From an uncultured virus (IMG/VR IMGVR_UViG_3300043673_000060) (taxonomy: Duplodnaviria > Heunggongvirae > Uroviricota > Caudoviricetes), in the IMG/VR virus record IMGVR_UViG_3300043673_000060: a DNA stretch of 64,000 nucleotides, one strand, 5' to 3'. Below are positions 9,937 through 19,459 of the stretch, one piece after another. A program made the position numbers and the translations under genes. The notes beneath the pieces are model-generated. The model saw only the letters and a list, made by a program, of their open reading frames with translations, did no database searches and had not been told where the DNA came from. Each line of letters starts with the position of its first letter. The first letter of the stretch is position 1.

Positions 9937-10406
9937 TGGGCGCCTGGGGAACGGGGCCGTTCGACAACGACGACGCGGCCGATTTTATCGGCGACGTCCT
10001 GATGCGGCCCGTGGACGGGGTCAACAGCAACAGCCGGGGCCGCAGCTACGAACTGGCTCGCTGCGTAGCGGCGCTCGTACTGGTGTCGCATGGCACCGAC
10101 ATCCTTGGCGGCCCAGGGCTCACGCCCGTACTGCGTGCGCTCACACGCATCCGCAGCGACGAAGATTGGCTGCGTCAATGGAATAGCCCCAGGCGCGCCG
10201 CCCAGGCGGTCAACAAACAGATCGTCGACGTCATCGAGCGCATGCGGACGTGCAAGGGCTGTAGGCGCGCGACGGACAACAAGACAGGCGAGCAGACCAC
10301 GGCGCTCAAGGAAGCCAAGGCGTTGCCCGCTCCAAAGCCGCCTCGCTTCTTGAGGAAGCCGAGGGTGGCTATTCGCGCATACGCAGCGAGAGCGAAGCGA
10401 ACATGA
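9933..10406 (+). CDS. DUF4259-like protein
   Basis: N-terminus MGAWGTGPFDNDDAADF. Confidence 0.7.
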   Translation: MMGAWGTGPFDNDDAADFIGDVLMRPVDGVNSNSRGRSYELARCVAALVLVSHGTDILGGPGLTPVLRALTRIRSDEDWLRQWNSPRRAAQAVNKQIVDVIERMRTCKGCRRATDNKTGEQTTALKEAKALPAPKPPRFLRKPRVAIRAYAARAKRT

Positions 10407-11875
10407 CCACGCGCCTCGATCTCGCCCTGCAGAAGTTCCCCGGGCACGAAGAGAGCGTGCGTACGCTCGCTGCGCGCGATCCTTCCGGCAACCTGAAGTA
10501 CCTCGACTGGGGCGCGAAGATGGTCGCGTCGGGCCAGGCACTCGCCCAGGAGGTCGGCGACGTCGTAGAGCTGTTCCACAAGTTTGCCGGTCAGCGATAC
10601 GCGGCCGAGGGTGACACCTCGGAGCGCATCCACCCGGACATCTACTCGTACAAGCCGAAGGACATGGCCGGTCTTCGCAACGCGCTGCTCAAGTTTCAGA
10701 GCGCCCAAGACGCGAAGCGGGCCGAGCGCGAGCGTATGTACCACATCGATGGCGACGTGGAGGCCGACGTGGTGCACGAGGACGACGATCTCATCGTTCG
10801 CCACGTCAAGAACAAGAACGCCAGCGTCCACTACGGCCTGAACACCAAGTGGTGCATCTCGATGCTCCGCGAAAGGCACTTCGAGAACTACGAGGCCGAA
10901 AACGCCACGTTCTTTTTCTTCGAGCGCAAGGTCGCCAAGGGCGACGACTACGACAAGATGGCGCTCATGGTGCCTCGTGGCGGCGAAGGCGGCGGGATCC
11001 ATCGGATCAGTGTGTTCACTGCGGCCGACGAGCACGTCGACATCATGGCGATAGCGAAGGTGCACGGCACGCGCGTGTTCGACATCTTCCGGCAGGTGTA
11101 CGAGTGCAGCGAGAAGTACCCTGGATCGGTGATGTACTTGGTCAGCAGCGGCGCCGCCAACGAGGAGCAGCTCCGGCAGGCGCTGGCGTACGTCACGGAC
11201 ACGGAGACCGTGGTCCACACCGTCGAGGCAACGCTGGAATCGATCTGCTGCCACGACGCGGCGCCGTGGCCGCTCCTGGAAGACATCTTCAAGCGCGCTC
11301 AATCGTTCATGGACGCCGCGTGGACGCGCGCGCTCCAGCGACGCGATGACGAGCGACGCCGTGGCGCCGGGCGCACATGGCGCAACCTGGACCGCGCGAA
11401 GAAGATGCATGCGTGCCGAACTGCACGACTAATGAATGCGCTACAGGGTGCGCTCGCGATCCATCCCAATACGCCGGTCGAGGCGCGCGAGAAGTTGGTC
11501 GCGAGCCTGCGCCGGAAGCACATCAAGGTCGAGTCCATTTTGTTCGCGCTCGGTGAGCGCGGAGGCGAGCGTGGCGTCCATGTACAGTTCGACGATTCAC
11601 ATCGCTGGCAACGTAGACGCCGCTACCGCTACCGCCGCTTCGGTCGCCTCACCACCGTGAAACAGGTGCTCGATCGCGCCGACATGCTCAAGCGCAAGGC
11701 TGCGACCTTCCGTAAGAGGGTCAAGGGCATGGTGCGCAAGATCGAGGAGGCGAACGCGAAGAAGGTCGCGCGCAGAGCCAAGGCGGAGGCGGCGAAGGAA
11801 GCGAAGAGGGCGAAGGCGGCGGCGAAGAAGCGGACGACGACGAAGTGGTCGCGCAAGAGTGCGAGGGCGAAGTGA
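10403..11875 (+). CDS. Large phage hypothetical protein (S..YG..TKWC motif, possibly PcfJ-related) with basic C-terminal tail
   Basis: 490-aa ORF, ASVHYGLNTKWCIS motif, Lys/Arg-rich tail. Confidence 0.6.
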   Translation: MTTRLDLALQKFPGHEESVRTLAARDPSGNLKYLDWGAKMVASGQALAQEVGDVVELFHKFAGQRYAAEGDTSERIHPDIYSYKPKDMAGLRNALLKFQSAQDAKRAERERMYHIDGDVEADVVHEDDDLIVRHVKNKNASVHYGLNTKWCISMLRERHFENYEAENATFFFFERKVAKGDDYDKMALMVPRGGEGGGIHRISVFTAADEHVDIMAIAKVHGTRVFDIFRQVYECSEKYPGSVMYLVSSGAANEEQLRQALAYVTDTETVVHTVEATLESICCHDAAPWPLLEDIFKRAQSFMDAAWTRALQRRDDERRRGAGRTWRNLDRAKKMHACRTARLMNALQGALAIHPNTPVEAREKLVASLRRKHIKVESILFALGERGGERGVHVQFDDSHRWQRRRRYRYRRFGRLTTVKQVLDRADMLKRKAATFRKRVKGMVRKIEEANAKKVARRAKAEAAKEAKRAKAAAKKRTTTKWSRKSARAK

Positions 11876-12846
11876 GCGGCGCTAGGTACACCCGCGAGCA
11901 ACCGCAGGTCTGTCCGACGTGCACGACGGCTGGGCACGAGAGCGCCGTGACCGAGGGTGGCACCGGAGGGTGGTGCATAGGCTGGTCGCCGCACAAGGAC
12001 GTGGATGGCGTCCGCCACGAGCACGACCCGAACCCCAAGATCACGCAGTACACGTGCTCAAACGGGCACGCGTGGCATCGGATCTGGTGGATGCCGTGCT
12101 CGGCGCCGTTCTGCACGTACAAGAAGGACAGCGACGAGGTTGTCGCCACGGAGCCGAAGTCGTGAGCCTTCGCGACATGGTCGGCTTCGACTCTCTACCC
12201 GACCACGACAAGGCGGAGCTGCTGAAGTTCGAGACGTTCCTGCAGCGGCGACACAACAAGCCCGGCGAGGACCTGCAGTACGCGTACGCTGAGACGCACG
12301 GCGAGGTCGTGTTCGAGGACCTGGAGTACAAGAAGAAGCCATGAGCGCCATCGAGACCGAGCCCGGGCGAAACGAAGCTCCACCTGGCAAGCGGTGGAGA
12401 CAGGCAGAGGTCGCGCGCATGCGGCGCGAGGGCGAGTCGCTCGACCGCGGCGCATGTCCGTCGTGTGGCGCCGCCATCACGGGCAAGATCGATCCGCGCC
12501 AGGTGAACTATCGCTGCGCGTGCGGGTACAAGGTCGACCGCAAGGAATTGGTCGCGGGAGAATGAAGTTCGAACCAGTCTCCCCCGTCGTGCTCGCCGAG
12601 CTTCGCGAACAGGTTCGCCAGACCGGCTTGCGCTCCGACCAGGCGCGCCACGTCATCAGCGAGCTGGCCCGCACCGAGGCGGAGCGCTCGCGGCTGCAGT
12701 TCGAGGTCGACGGCGCCAGCGAGCAGCGACGCGCCTTGCGCGTGGCCATGCTCAGCGAGACCAACGATGTGCGGGAGAGGCTGGCGGCGACGGAGAAGCA
12801 GGTCGAGGAACTGGAAAAGCAGCTGCAGCTCACCAAGGAGACGTGA
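11872..12846 (+). other. Run of four small coupled ORFs (11872-12165, 12162-12344, 12341-12565, 12562-12846), two Cys-rich and one coiled-coil
   Basis: Consecutive GTGA/ATGA start-stop overlaps. Confidence 0.5.
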
Positions 12847-12850
12847 AACC

Positions 12851-13360
12851 ATGGGCGCCGACATCAGCATCATCGTCGAGCACCGCATGGTCAGCGACGC
12901 TTACCAGAAACGCGTCTGGCAATGGGGCCTCGTCGAAGCGCAGTTCGCGTTCCACCGCGACGGCGACCTAGACACGTGGATCTGCGACGCACTGCCCGAG
13001 AAGCGCGACGGCGACACGGAGCAGGCGCTCGTCGAAAACTTCTGGGGCCACCGGTACGCCGATGGCGAGAAGCGTAAAGCGCGCGCCGTGTGGCTGCCGC
13101 CGGACACCGGCCCGACTACGCTCAAGCTTCTGGCCGAAGAGGCGTTCGACGCGTACTGGATCCGCGTCGCGTCGGGCCAGTGGCTGGTCGACTTCGTAGC
13201 CAACAAGCCGTGGCAGACGACGTCAAGCGGGCCGACTCACGAGTTCGAGCCGAACCCGAAGTACGGGGCGCCCGAAAGCTTCGTGAGGCTCGCCGCCCTC
13301 GTTTCGTCGCTGCTGGCGCTCAAGCATGACGTCCGCGTCTACTTGAGCTACGGACAGTAG
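12851..13360 (+). CDS. Hypothetical protein
   Basis: MGADISIIVEHR... 169 aa. Confidence 0.6.
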   Translation: MGADISIIVEHRMVSDAYQKRVWQWGLVEAQFAFHRDGDLDTWICDALPEKRDGDTEQALVENFWGHRYADGEKRKARAVWLPPDTGPTTLKLLAEEAFDAYWIRVASGQWLVDFVANKPWQTTSSGPTHEFEPNPKYGAPESFVRLAALVSSLLALKHDVRVYLSYGQ

Positions 13361-13454
13361 CCCGTGCCCAACCCGAACATCCGGTACTGTCCTAATTTGA
13401 AACCGGGCGCGGCGGTGCGCAGCCTCACCCTAGGTTGCGCGCGAGGAGATCACT

Positions 13455-13763
13455 ATGAACATCACCCACATGGCGTGTCCGCGATGCCCCGTTCCGATTC
13501 CTCGCGTGTGCCCTCATGTCGAACCCTACGACGTGATCGTGGTGGACCCGCCATGGGCGTACGGCAGCGACACGTGGCGCCCCAACCGCACCGCCGAATC
13601 GAAGTACGCCACCATTGGCAACCGCGGCAAGGAAGTGAACCGTCGCACGGGGGCCGGGATCGATGCGATCATCGCATCCGTCCCGATCACATCGTGGGCT
13701 AAACCGGACGCTCACCTGTACCTCTGGACGACGAATCCGAAGCTGCCTTTCGCCTTTCGGTAG
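13455..13763 (+). pseudogene. MT-A70-family adenine methyltransferase, 5-prime fragment
   Basis: YDVIVVDPPW and AHLYLWTTN motifs; the frame stops at the IS end beginning at 13759. Confidence 0.85.
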
Positions 13764-13824
13764 TGGCCGGATTTGAAAATGACCCGACCTAGCCCAGGCA
13801 CGCCGCTCGCCGCACCCTGTCCGC

Positions 13825-14148
13825 ATGACGATCCTCCGCGGACCGAAGGTGTGGGCGAAGCCACGCCCGGCGAACGAGACCCGGCGAGCGTCGGACCTGA
13901 CCCCCGAGGAGCAGGCCAACGTGAAGCGGGCGCTGGCGGTGCTCGTCCGTCGCCTGGGGTCGCGCAAGGCGCTGGCGACGGCCCTACGGGTCAACCCGCA
14001 CACGCTGCACTGGTACCGCCAGCGGCGCGGCAGGCCGACCGCCGGGGTGGCCATCCGGGCGGCTCGGCTGGCCGGGGTCGCCGTCGAGGATCTGCTAGCG
14101 GGCCAGTGGCCCGTAGAGGGGGCCTGCCCGCACTGCGGACGGAGCTAG
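13825..14148 (+). CDS. HTH (XRE-like) regulator with terminal CPHCG
   Basis: SRKALATALRVNPHTL...RPTAGVAIRAARLAGVAVEDLL. Confidence 0.7.
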   Translation: MTILRGPKVWAKPRPANETRRASDLTPEEQANVKRALAVLVRRLGSRKALATALRVNPHTLHWYRQRRGRPTAGVAIRAARLAGVAVEDLLAGQWPVEGACPHCGRS

Positions 14149-14152
14149 GCGA

Positions 14153-16495
14153 TCACTTCTTCGACCATCGGAGCCCGGTCATCTCCGCGATCGTGTTGTT
14201 CTCGTCCTTGCGTAGCTGGACGATCCGATCCTCATACGCTCGGATGCCGCGCTCCTGCTTGGCGAGCGTCGCGATGACCTTTCTCTGTATGGCCGGAGAC
14301 GGGAGCGGGATCTTGATCGACTCCACGCTGGCCTTGTTCAGCGTCAGGCCCTTGGTCGCCTTTCGCGCGTACGGCGAATAGTCGAGCCTCGGCAGCACGT
14401 AGTACAGGTACTCGGGAAGTACCCGCTTGTCCTTCGGCGTCAGCGCCGCGATGGCTTCGTTGGTGTACAGGTCCGCCCCGGCGATGGCAGTCTTCCCCGG
14501 CGACAGCTTGAAGCTTAGGAGCACGGTCCCCTTTCGCACGAGCTTGACGCTGGAGTTCTCGACTCCGCGATCCGTGAGCCTCGTTGCCGTGTCGACGATC
14601 GGTAGCCCGCGTGACGACGTGATGTCTGCGATCGTCGCCCAGAGATGCTTGCCGCCGTAGTTGGCCCGGTTCTTCGTGCTCGGTGTCCCGCCGATCGTGA
14701 CCGTGCAGACTCCGTCCTCTCCGCCGAGTGTCGGCCACGTCGCCGTGGCGAGACTCTTGCGATATTCATCGATCGTCAGCGTGTACCCGTGCTCGCGGAT
14801 CGTATCCACAGGCACAGAGAAAGAACGATCCGAGTCTGACTTGTCGTCCCAGAGCTGACGCAGGAGCGGCAAGTCGTTCTCATCGATCGGTCGCCGGCCC
14901 GTCTTGCGGCTCGCTTTCTCGAAACCGTCCTCTTTGACCTCGAAATACCAGACGTCCTTCGTCTGTCCGCCCTTCTTGAAGACCAGGATGCTCGTGGGCT
15001 GCCCGGTGTACGGGCGGAACACGTAGTCGTGTAGATTGATGACCGCCTCCAGCGTGCAGGTGTCGACCAGGAGCTTGCGCACCTTCGCGAGCTGCGAGAC
15101 GGTGTCGAACAGCAATCCCTCCGGCACTACGACGGCCGCGCGCCCTCCTGGGCATAGCGCGTCGATGATGTGCTTCAAGAAAACCGGATTGGCGTTGGCG
15201 CCGCTCAAGCCGTAGAGGGGCGCGAAGTTCGTCGTCTGCGAGAACGGGAAGTTGGACAGAACGACCTCGTACTCCTCGTGAACGGGCGTCTTCAGCGTAT
15301 CCACCTGCGTCACGTTCGCGTGCCCGTCGCCGATAATGATCATGTTCATCTTGGCGATCTTCGCGGTGCCCGTCAGCTCGCGCCCGTACACGGTCTCCTC
15401 CTGCAAGACCTTGGCGCTCTCCTTCGTCGGCTTGACCTTCGCCTTGATGTGGCGGAACGCCTGGATGAGGAAGCCGCCAGTGCCGCACGCGGGGTCGTAG
15501 ACCGTCTCCTTGTAGACGGGGTCGATGAGGTCGGTCATTAGCTTCACGATGTGCCTGGGAGTGAAATACTCCCCAAGGTCGTTCCCGACCGACACCGAGT
15601 TCTTGAGGAAATACTCGAAGGCGTCCCCCTTCACGTCCGAATCTGCGTCCAAGAGCGTTAGGGCGGACAGCTTGCCGACGATCTCCTTCAGGGTCTCCGG
15701 CGTGGCGATCAAGAGCTTCCGCTGGAACACGTCGCCGCTGTGGTTGTACTTACCGACCAGGCGCGGAAGGATCGTGTCGTTGATGTAGTCGAGCATGTCG
15801 CTCGACGGCTTGTCGCAGAACGACTCCCAGCAATACCTGCGCTCCAGAATGCGCGGCTCCTTCCGAAGCTCGCGCTCGTTCTCGATCTCGCTGATCAGCT
15901 TCAAGAACAGGAGGTTGGAGAACTCGGTGAATCGCTCGATGCCCTCGCGAAGACCCTCTTTGCGTAGCAACCCGTTCGCCTCGGCGAACACGTTGATCAG
16001 TTCTTCGCGCGTGTGGCGTACCGTCTCCGGCGTGTTGAGATCCCACCCCTCCTTCACGAAACGAAGGAGCGTCTTCTCAGACAGCAGGGATGTGACCAGA
16101 TCGCCTTCCTGTCGAAGCTGACGACCATGGCGCCGGTCAAAGGACTGCACGATCGCGCCATCGGCGACGAAGACAATGGCGATGTCCAGGGGTTCGGCGT
16201 ACCGCTCGCTCGCTTGAGCGAGCGCCTTGCTCATGCTCTCGCCTTCACGCTTCGTCTCGATCACTCCGATCGGGGTGTCGGTGCCCGTCTCGTACAGCAG
16301 GTAGTCCGGCGACCGGCCCTTCATGGCCTTGTGCTGCGCCGTAGTTTTCGCGCGCTCGGTGAACACGTTGCAGGTCGGTGACCGCTCGTCGGTCTGCCAC
16401 CCGAGGTTGTTCAGGATGGCGTCGACCCGCTTGCGAGTCGCGGTCTCCTTCGGCGATGTGAGTGTGGGGGGCGGCATTGCCCCGAAATCGTACAC
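14153..16495 (-). CDS. Single-chain restriction-modification enzyme: HsdR_N-like nuclease + N6-adenine MTase + one HsdS-like TRD (type IIG/I-like)
   Basis: PDYLL...VIETK nuclease motif; GEYFTPR, YDPACGTGGF; motif IV NFPF; C-terminal GGTPST...LNK...IPLP TRD. Confidence 0.88.
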   Translation of the reverse strand: MYDFGAMPPPTLTSPKETATRKRVDAILNNLGWQTDERSPTCNVFTERAKTTAQHKAMKGRSPDYLLYETGTDTPIGVIETKREGESMSKALAQASERYAEPLDIAIVFVADGAIVQSFDRRHGRQLRQEGDLVTSLLSEKTLLRFVKEGWDLNTPETVRHTREELINVFAEANGLLRKEGLREGIERFTEFSNLLFLKLISEIENERELRKEPRILERRYCWESFCDKPSSDMLDYINDTILPRLVGKYNHSGDVFQRKLLIATPETLKEIVGKLSALTLLDADSDVKGDAFEYFLKNSVSVGNDLGEYFTPRHIVKLMTDLIDPVYKETVYDPACGTGGFLIQAFRHIKAKVKPTKESAKVLQEETVYGRELTGTAKIAKMNMIIIGDGHANVTQVDTLKTPVHEEYEVVLSNFPFSQTTNFAPLYGLSGANANPVFLKHIIDALCPGGRAAVVVPEGLLFDTVSQLAKVRKLLVDTCTLEAVINLHDYVFRPYTGQPTSILVFKKGGQTKDVWYFEVKEDGFEKASRKTGRRPIDENDLPLLRQLWDDKSDSDRSFSVPVDTIREHGYTLTIDEYRKSLATATWPTLGGEDGVCTVTIGGTPSTKNRANYGGKHLWATIADITSSRGLPIVDTATRLTDRGVENSSVKLVRKGTVLLSFKLSPGKTAIAGADLYTNEAIAALTPKDKRVLPEYLYYVLPRLDYSPYARKATKGLTLNKASVESIKIPLPSPAIQRKVIATLAKQERGIRAYEDRIVQLRKDENNTIAEMTGLRWSKK

Positions 16496-16555
16496 ACGCG
16501 GAGGGCCGTTGAAAATGGCGTTCGTTTGTACAGGTGAACTGTAAGCGTGTGGGGT

Positions 16556-16744
16556 CTAGCGGCCGGTTGCAGCGAGCAACGCTTCCCGCGCCCACTGCGA
16601 GACCGGCTTGCCCGCCCGTGCTGCCGCTGCAGCGAACGCTGCCCGCTCCTGGTCGCTCACCTTGAGCGTGAACACAGCGGTCCGCGCCGTCCCCTCCTCG
16701 AACGCGGGACGACCCGGACCGCGCTTGCCCTCTCCGGCGCTCAC
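16556..16744 (-). CDS. Small RHH-like DNA-binding protein
   Basis: GRP...VFTLKVSDQERAAFAAAAARAGKPVSQWAREALL; coupled to the transposase stop. Confidence 0.6.
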   Translation of the reverse strand: MSAGEGKRGPGRPAFEEGTARTAVFTLKVSDQERAAFAAAAARAGKPVSQWAREALLAATGR

Positions 16745-17205
16745 GGCCGCACCCCGTCGAGCGCGGCGGCCACGAGGTCGTCCGTGCTCCACAGCGTCTT
16801 GCTGACGCCAGCGGCCATCGCAGGCGAGCAGCGCAGCGTCTTGTGCGTGCGGACGAAGTTGTAGGCGGCGAGTGTGAGCGCCGTCGAGGCGATGTGCTGC
16901 TCCAGCTTCTTGCTGAACGCGTTGGTCAGGCGGGTGTAGCGCCGACCCATCATGCGGACGCTCAGGTTGACGCGCTCCGCATAGCTGGTCGAGACCAGCT
17001 CCTCGACGGGCTCCCCGTAGATGGGCAGCTTTTCGATTCCCGTGACCCGCGGCGGGGAGTAGCGGCCGGAGCCAGCCGGCTCGCCTTCATAGGACTTGAT
17101 CACCATCGCGTAGTCCACGCCGTTGGCGCCGAACGACGTCCCGATCGGGTTGACGTACGCACGCAGGCCGTCCGTCGAGATCTGCACGCGCTTGGTGAGG
17201 CGCGC
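16741..17205 (-). pseudogene. IS1-family transposase, N-terminally truncated
   Basis: VQISTDGLRAY...STSYAERVNLSVRMMGRRYTRLTNAFSKK...YNFVRTHKTLRCSPAMAAG. Confidence 0.85.
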
Positions 17206-17466
17206 CGTGGCGCGACCGAACATGTCCTCTTCGGTGTCCGCGGTCGCAAGCCGATCCCGAGCGGACTACGCCGGCCCAACCTCTTCCGCGCGCCGCCGAC
17301 CGGTGAGCATTCCGAGAAGCCGGACGCGTTCTACGAGCTGGTCGATCGCGTCACGCCGACTGGGCGGAAGCTGGATGTGTTCGCCCGCAAAGCGCGGAAC
17401 GGGTGGGATGGCTTCGGCAACGAGCTGCCGTACGACACGCCGGCTCCGCTGCGTGCTCCCACATGA
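17206..17466 (+). pseudogene. MT-A70-family methyltransferase, 3-prime fragment
   Basis: RGATEHVLFGVRG...EHSEKPDAFYELVD...KLDVFARKARNGWDGFGNE. Confidence 0.85.
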
Positions 17467-17678
17467 TGCTTACAGACGGGCGCCCACGGTTTGCCCCGTT
17501 TCTTTGCACGTGGACGGAACTGCGAGAATCCGACCACTTGTGCAGCTACTGCCGTCAGGTCGATCACCGCGAGTGTCAGGCAATTGGTAGGCAGCCGAGG
17601 GAATCAGTAGGCAGGGGCGAATCGAGAGGCAAAGCCGGGCCGAACGTGGGGACCATCGAATTCAGCGCTGCGGGCGCC

Positions 17679-17719
17679 AAATAAAGCGAAGGCCCCGCAC
17701 TTTCATGCGGGGCCCTCGC
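17679..17719 (-). terminator. Rho-independent terminator
   Basis: Minus strand GCGAGGGCCCCGCA-TGAAAG-TGCGGGGCCTTCGC followed by TTTATTT. Confidence 0.8.
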
Positions 17720-17781
17720 CCCAGCGCAACGGTCGGAGCAAACAGGATCGCCGTGAGGCGGGACCGAATTCTCGAACGTTG
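17679..17781 (-). ncRNA. Candidate ~100-nt small RNA
   Basis: Lies between a sigma70-like promoter (17816-17787) and the terminator, no credible ORF; CAACG/CGTTG outer stem, CGCC-TCAC-GGCG hairpin. Confidence 0.4.
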
Positions 17782-17786
17782 AGTAG

Positions 17787-17816
17787 ACTGTACGAGCCAG
17801 CTGGCTGAGCTGTCAA
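17787..17816 (-). promoter_or_regulatory. Sigma70-like promoter with a palindromic operator in the spacer
   Basis: TTGACA-N18-TACAGT; spacer contains AGCCAGCTGGCT (17795-17806). Confidence 0.55.
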
Positions 17817-18388
17817 GCGTTTCTCGACGGCCTGTACAGCCGTCGAGAAGCGGCGCGCGTGCGCGGCGGCGCCAGCCTGCTCGCTGCGTATGCAGCTGCG
17901 GCGAGGATTGCTGCGGCCACGGCGACGGCTTGGGCGGTGGAGAGGCGGCTGGGCGTGTGCGCGAGGCCGCGCGGCGGCACTGCGTAGTGCGTCGCGGCGG
18001 CGAGCATGGCGGTCGGGTCGATGTAGGACGTGTACGTACCGTCCGGCCACGCTTCGACATGCACGTGGGGAACGGTTCCAGCTGCGTTGCCGCTTTCGCC
18101 GATGTACCCGACAACATCTGCGGCTTGTACGGGCCGGTTTTCGCCGTTGTACGAGCTGAGATGCGCCAAGTACCAGGTTCCGCCGCTCGTTGCGTCGACA
18201 AGGGCCACGTTCCCGCCCATCGGGTCCGTCCCGAACCGCACCTCGCCGTTGTCCGGCGCGAGTACGGGTGTGTACATGGGTGCGCACACGTCAATTCCGT
18301 GATGCGTCGTCGTCCCGCCCTGGCGCGGATCGCCGAACGCGCTGCAGATCGTGGTCGGGCCGACGACGGGGAAGACGAGCGCCCGCAT
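17813..18388 (-). CDS. M23 metallopeptidase with C-terminal membrane anchor
   Basis: HHGID, YLAHL, PHVH motifs; C-terminal hydrophobic helix and basic tail. Confidence 0.85.
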   Translation of the reverse strand: MRALVFPVVGPTTICSAFGDPRQGGTTTHHGIDVCAPMYTPVLAPDNGEVRFGTDPMGGNVALVDATSGGTWYLAHLSSYNGENRPVQAADVVGYIGESGNAAGTVPHVHVEAWPDGTYTSYIDPTAMLAAATHYAVPPRGLAHTPSRLSTAQAVAVAAAILAAAAYAASRLAPPRTRAASRRLYRPSRNA

Positions 18389-18885
18389 CACGCCCACCGC
18401 GTACGCAGCTGCAGCGGCTTCGGATGGATCTTGCGCGCCGCGTACGCCGCGAGCGCCAGGATCCCGACGCCGATCACGGCCGCCTGGGCGTTCGTGAGCC
18501 GGCGGCTGGGCGCTGCGCCGGGCGCGTTCGGCGCGTTCGGCGAGTACCAGTGCTTGTACGCGCCCGTCCGGTACGTCGTCCATGGGTTCCAGTTCGTGCC
18601 CTGCCTGGAAATGGCGTACGCCGCCTGCGCGTTGTACGTGGCGCCGAGCAGGCTCGACGCGTCGTACCGCGGGTTCGCTGGCGTGTTGACCTGCCAGAGC
18701 CCGAAGCTGGTGCTCGTTCCGTTCGGCGTCGTGCACGAGTAGCCGCCACTTCCGATATTCGGGTCGCCCTGCGCGCACGGGTTGCCGCCCGACTCCGCCA
18801 TCGCAATCGCTGCGGCCAGGGCGGGATCGGGGAAGCCGACGGAAGCGGCGAGCGACTGGAGCTGCGCAATCGTAAGGGCGCTCAC
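18388..18885 (-). CDS. Lysozyme-like / lytic transglycosylase with C-terminal membrane anchor
   Basis: AIAMAESGGNP...SFGLWQVN...NWNPWTTY; C-terminal TM. Confidence 0.85.
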   Translation of the reverse strand: MSALTIAQLQSLAASVGFPDPALAAAIAMAESGGNPCAQGDPNIGSGGYSCTTPNGTSTSFGLWQVNTPANPRYDASSLLGATYNAQAAYAISRQGTNWNPWTTYRTGAYKHWYSPNAPNAPGAAPSRRLTNAQAAVIGVGILALAAYAARKIHPKPLQLRTRWA

Positions 18886-19430
18886 GGCAGGCGGCTCCAG
18901 ATGAACTGCGCCCACATCGCGTAATTGCTCGGGTGAATCCCGTCCGCAGCGTACGTTAGCCCGGTCGCCTCGGCAATGATCGGCACGCCGACCTGCTGAA
19001 TCACAGCGCGCACCGCCGGCATTGGCGCCTTGGGCTCGTCAGGTGGCATGATCCATACGGCGTTGGGGAATTTGGCGGCGAGCTGCTTGTACTGGGCCAG
19101 GCTGGGCGAGGTGTTGAGGTAGTCGTTGGTCCCAAGCTCGATGAGCGTCACGCTCGGAGCGAAACTGGCCACCCAGGCGCCCCACGATGGCGTCGACAGC
19201 CACTGCGCGACGGTCGAACCGACGTGACCCTCTGCCTGGAACGGCACGTTTTGTCGCTGCGCGAGCGCTCGCATGGGCGCGGTGAGCCCTACCGCGAGCG
19301 AATTGCCGATCAACGCCACACGTCGCGGCTTGCCCGTGGCCCGTGGCCAGGCGATCCACGCAATCGCCGCAGCGCTCACGACGGCGCCGCCGAGGAGCAT
19401 GGCCCGTCCGACATTCGCCGCTTGCGCCAC
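18882..19430 (-). CDS. SGNH/GDSL hydrolase with N-terminal TM
   Basis: LIGNSL, ELGTND, DGIHP blocks. Confidence 0.8.
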   Translation of the reverse strand: MAQAANVGRAMLLGGAVVSAAAIAWIAWPRATGKPRRVALIGNSLAVGLTAPMRALAQRQNVPFQAEGHVGSTVAQWLSTPSWGAWVASFAPSVTLIELGTNDYLNTSPSLAQYKQLAAKFPNAVWIMPPDEPKAPMPAVRAVIQQVGVPIIAEATGLTYAADGIHPSNYAMWAQFIWSRLP

Positions 19431-19459
19431 GGGCTCGATTCTACGCTAGAATGCGTCCT

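Larger units (their letters stand above)
13759..17205 (-). mobile_element. Truncated IS1-family element with passenger genes (HTH, fused R-M enzyme, RHH)
   Basis: End sequence GGTAGTGGCCGGATTTGAAA at 13759-13778; transposase C-terminal half at the other side; separates the two MT-A70 fragments. Confidence 0.7.

Noticed and set aside
16843..17466. 207-aa plus-strand ORF as an intact gene
   Set aside because: It is antisense transposase sequence running into the MT-A70 3-prime fragment
17470..17660. c-di-GMP riboswitch-like words (GGCAAACC, GCAAAGCC)
   Set aside because: The words lie on opposite strands and lack the GNRA hairpin and P2 arrangement
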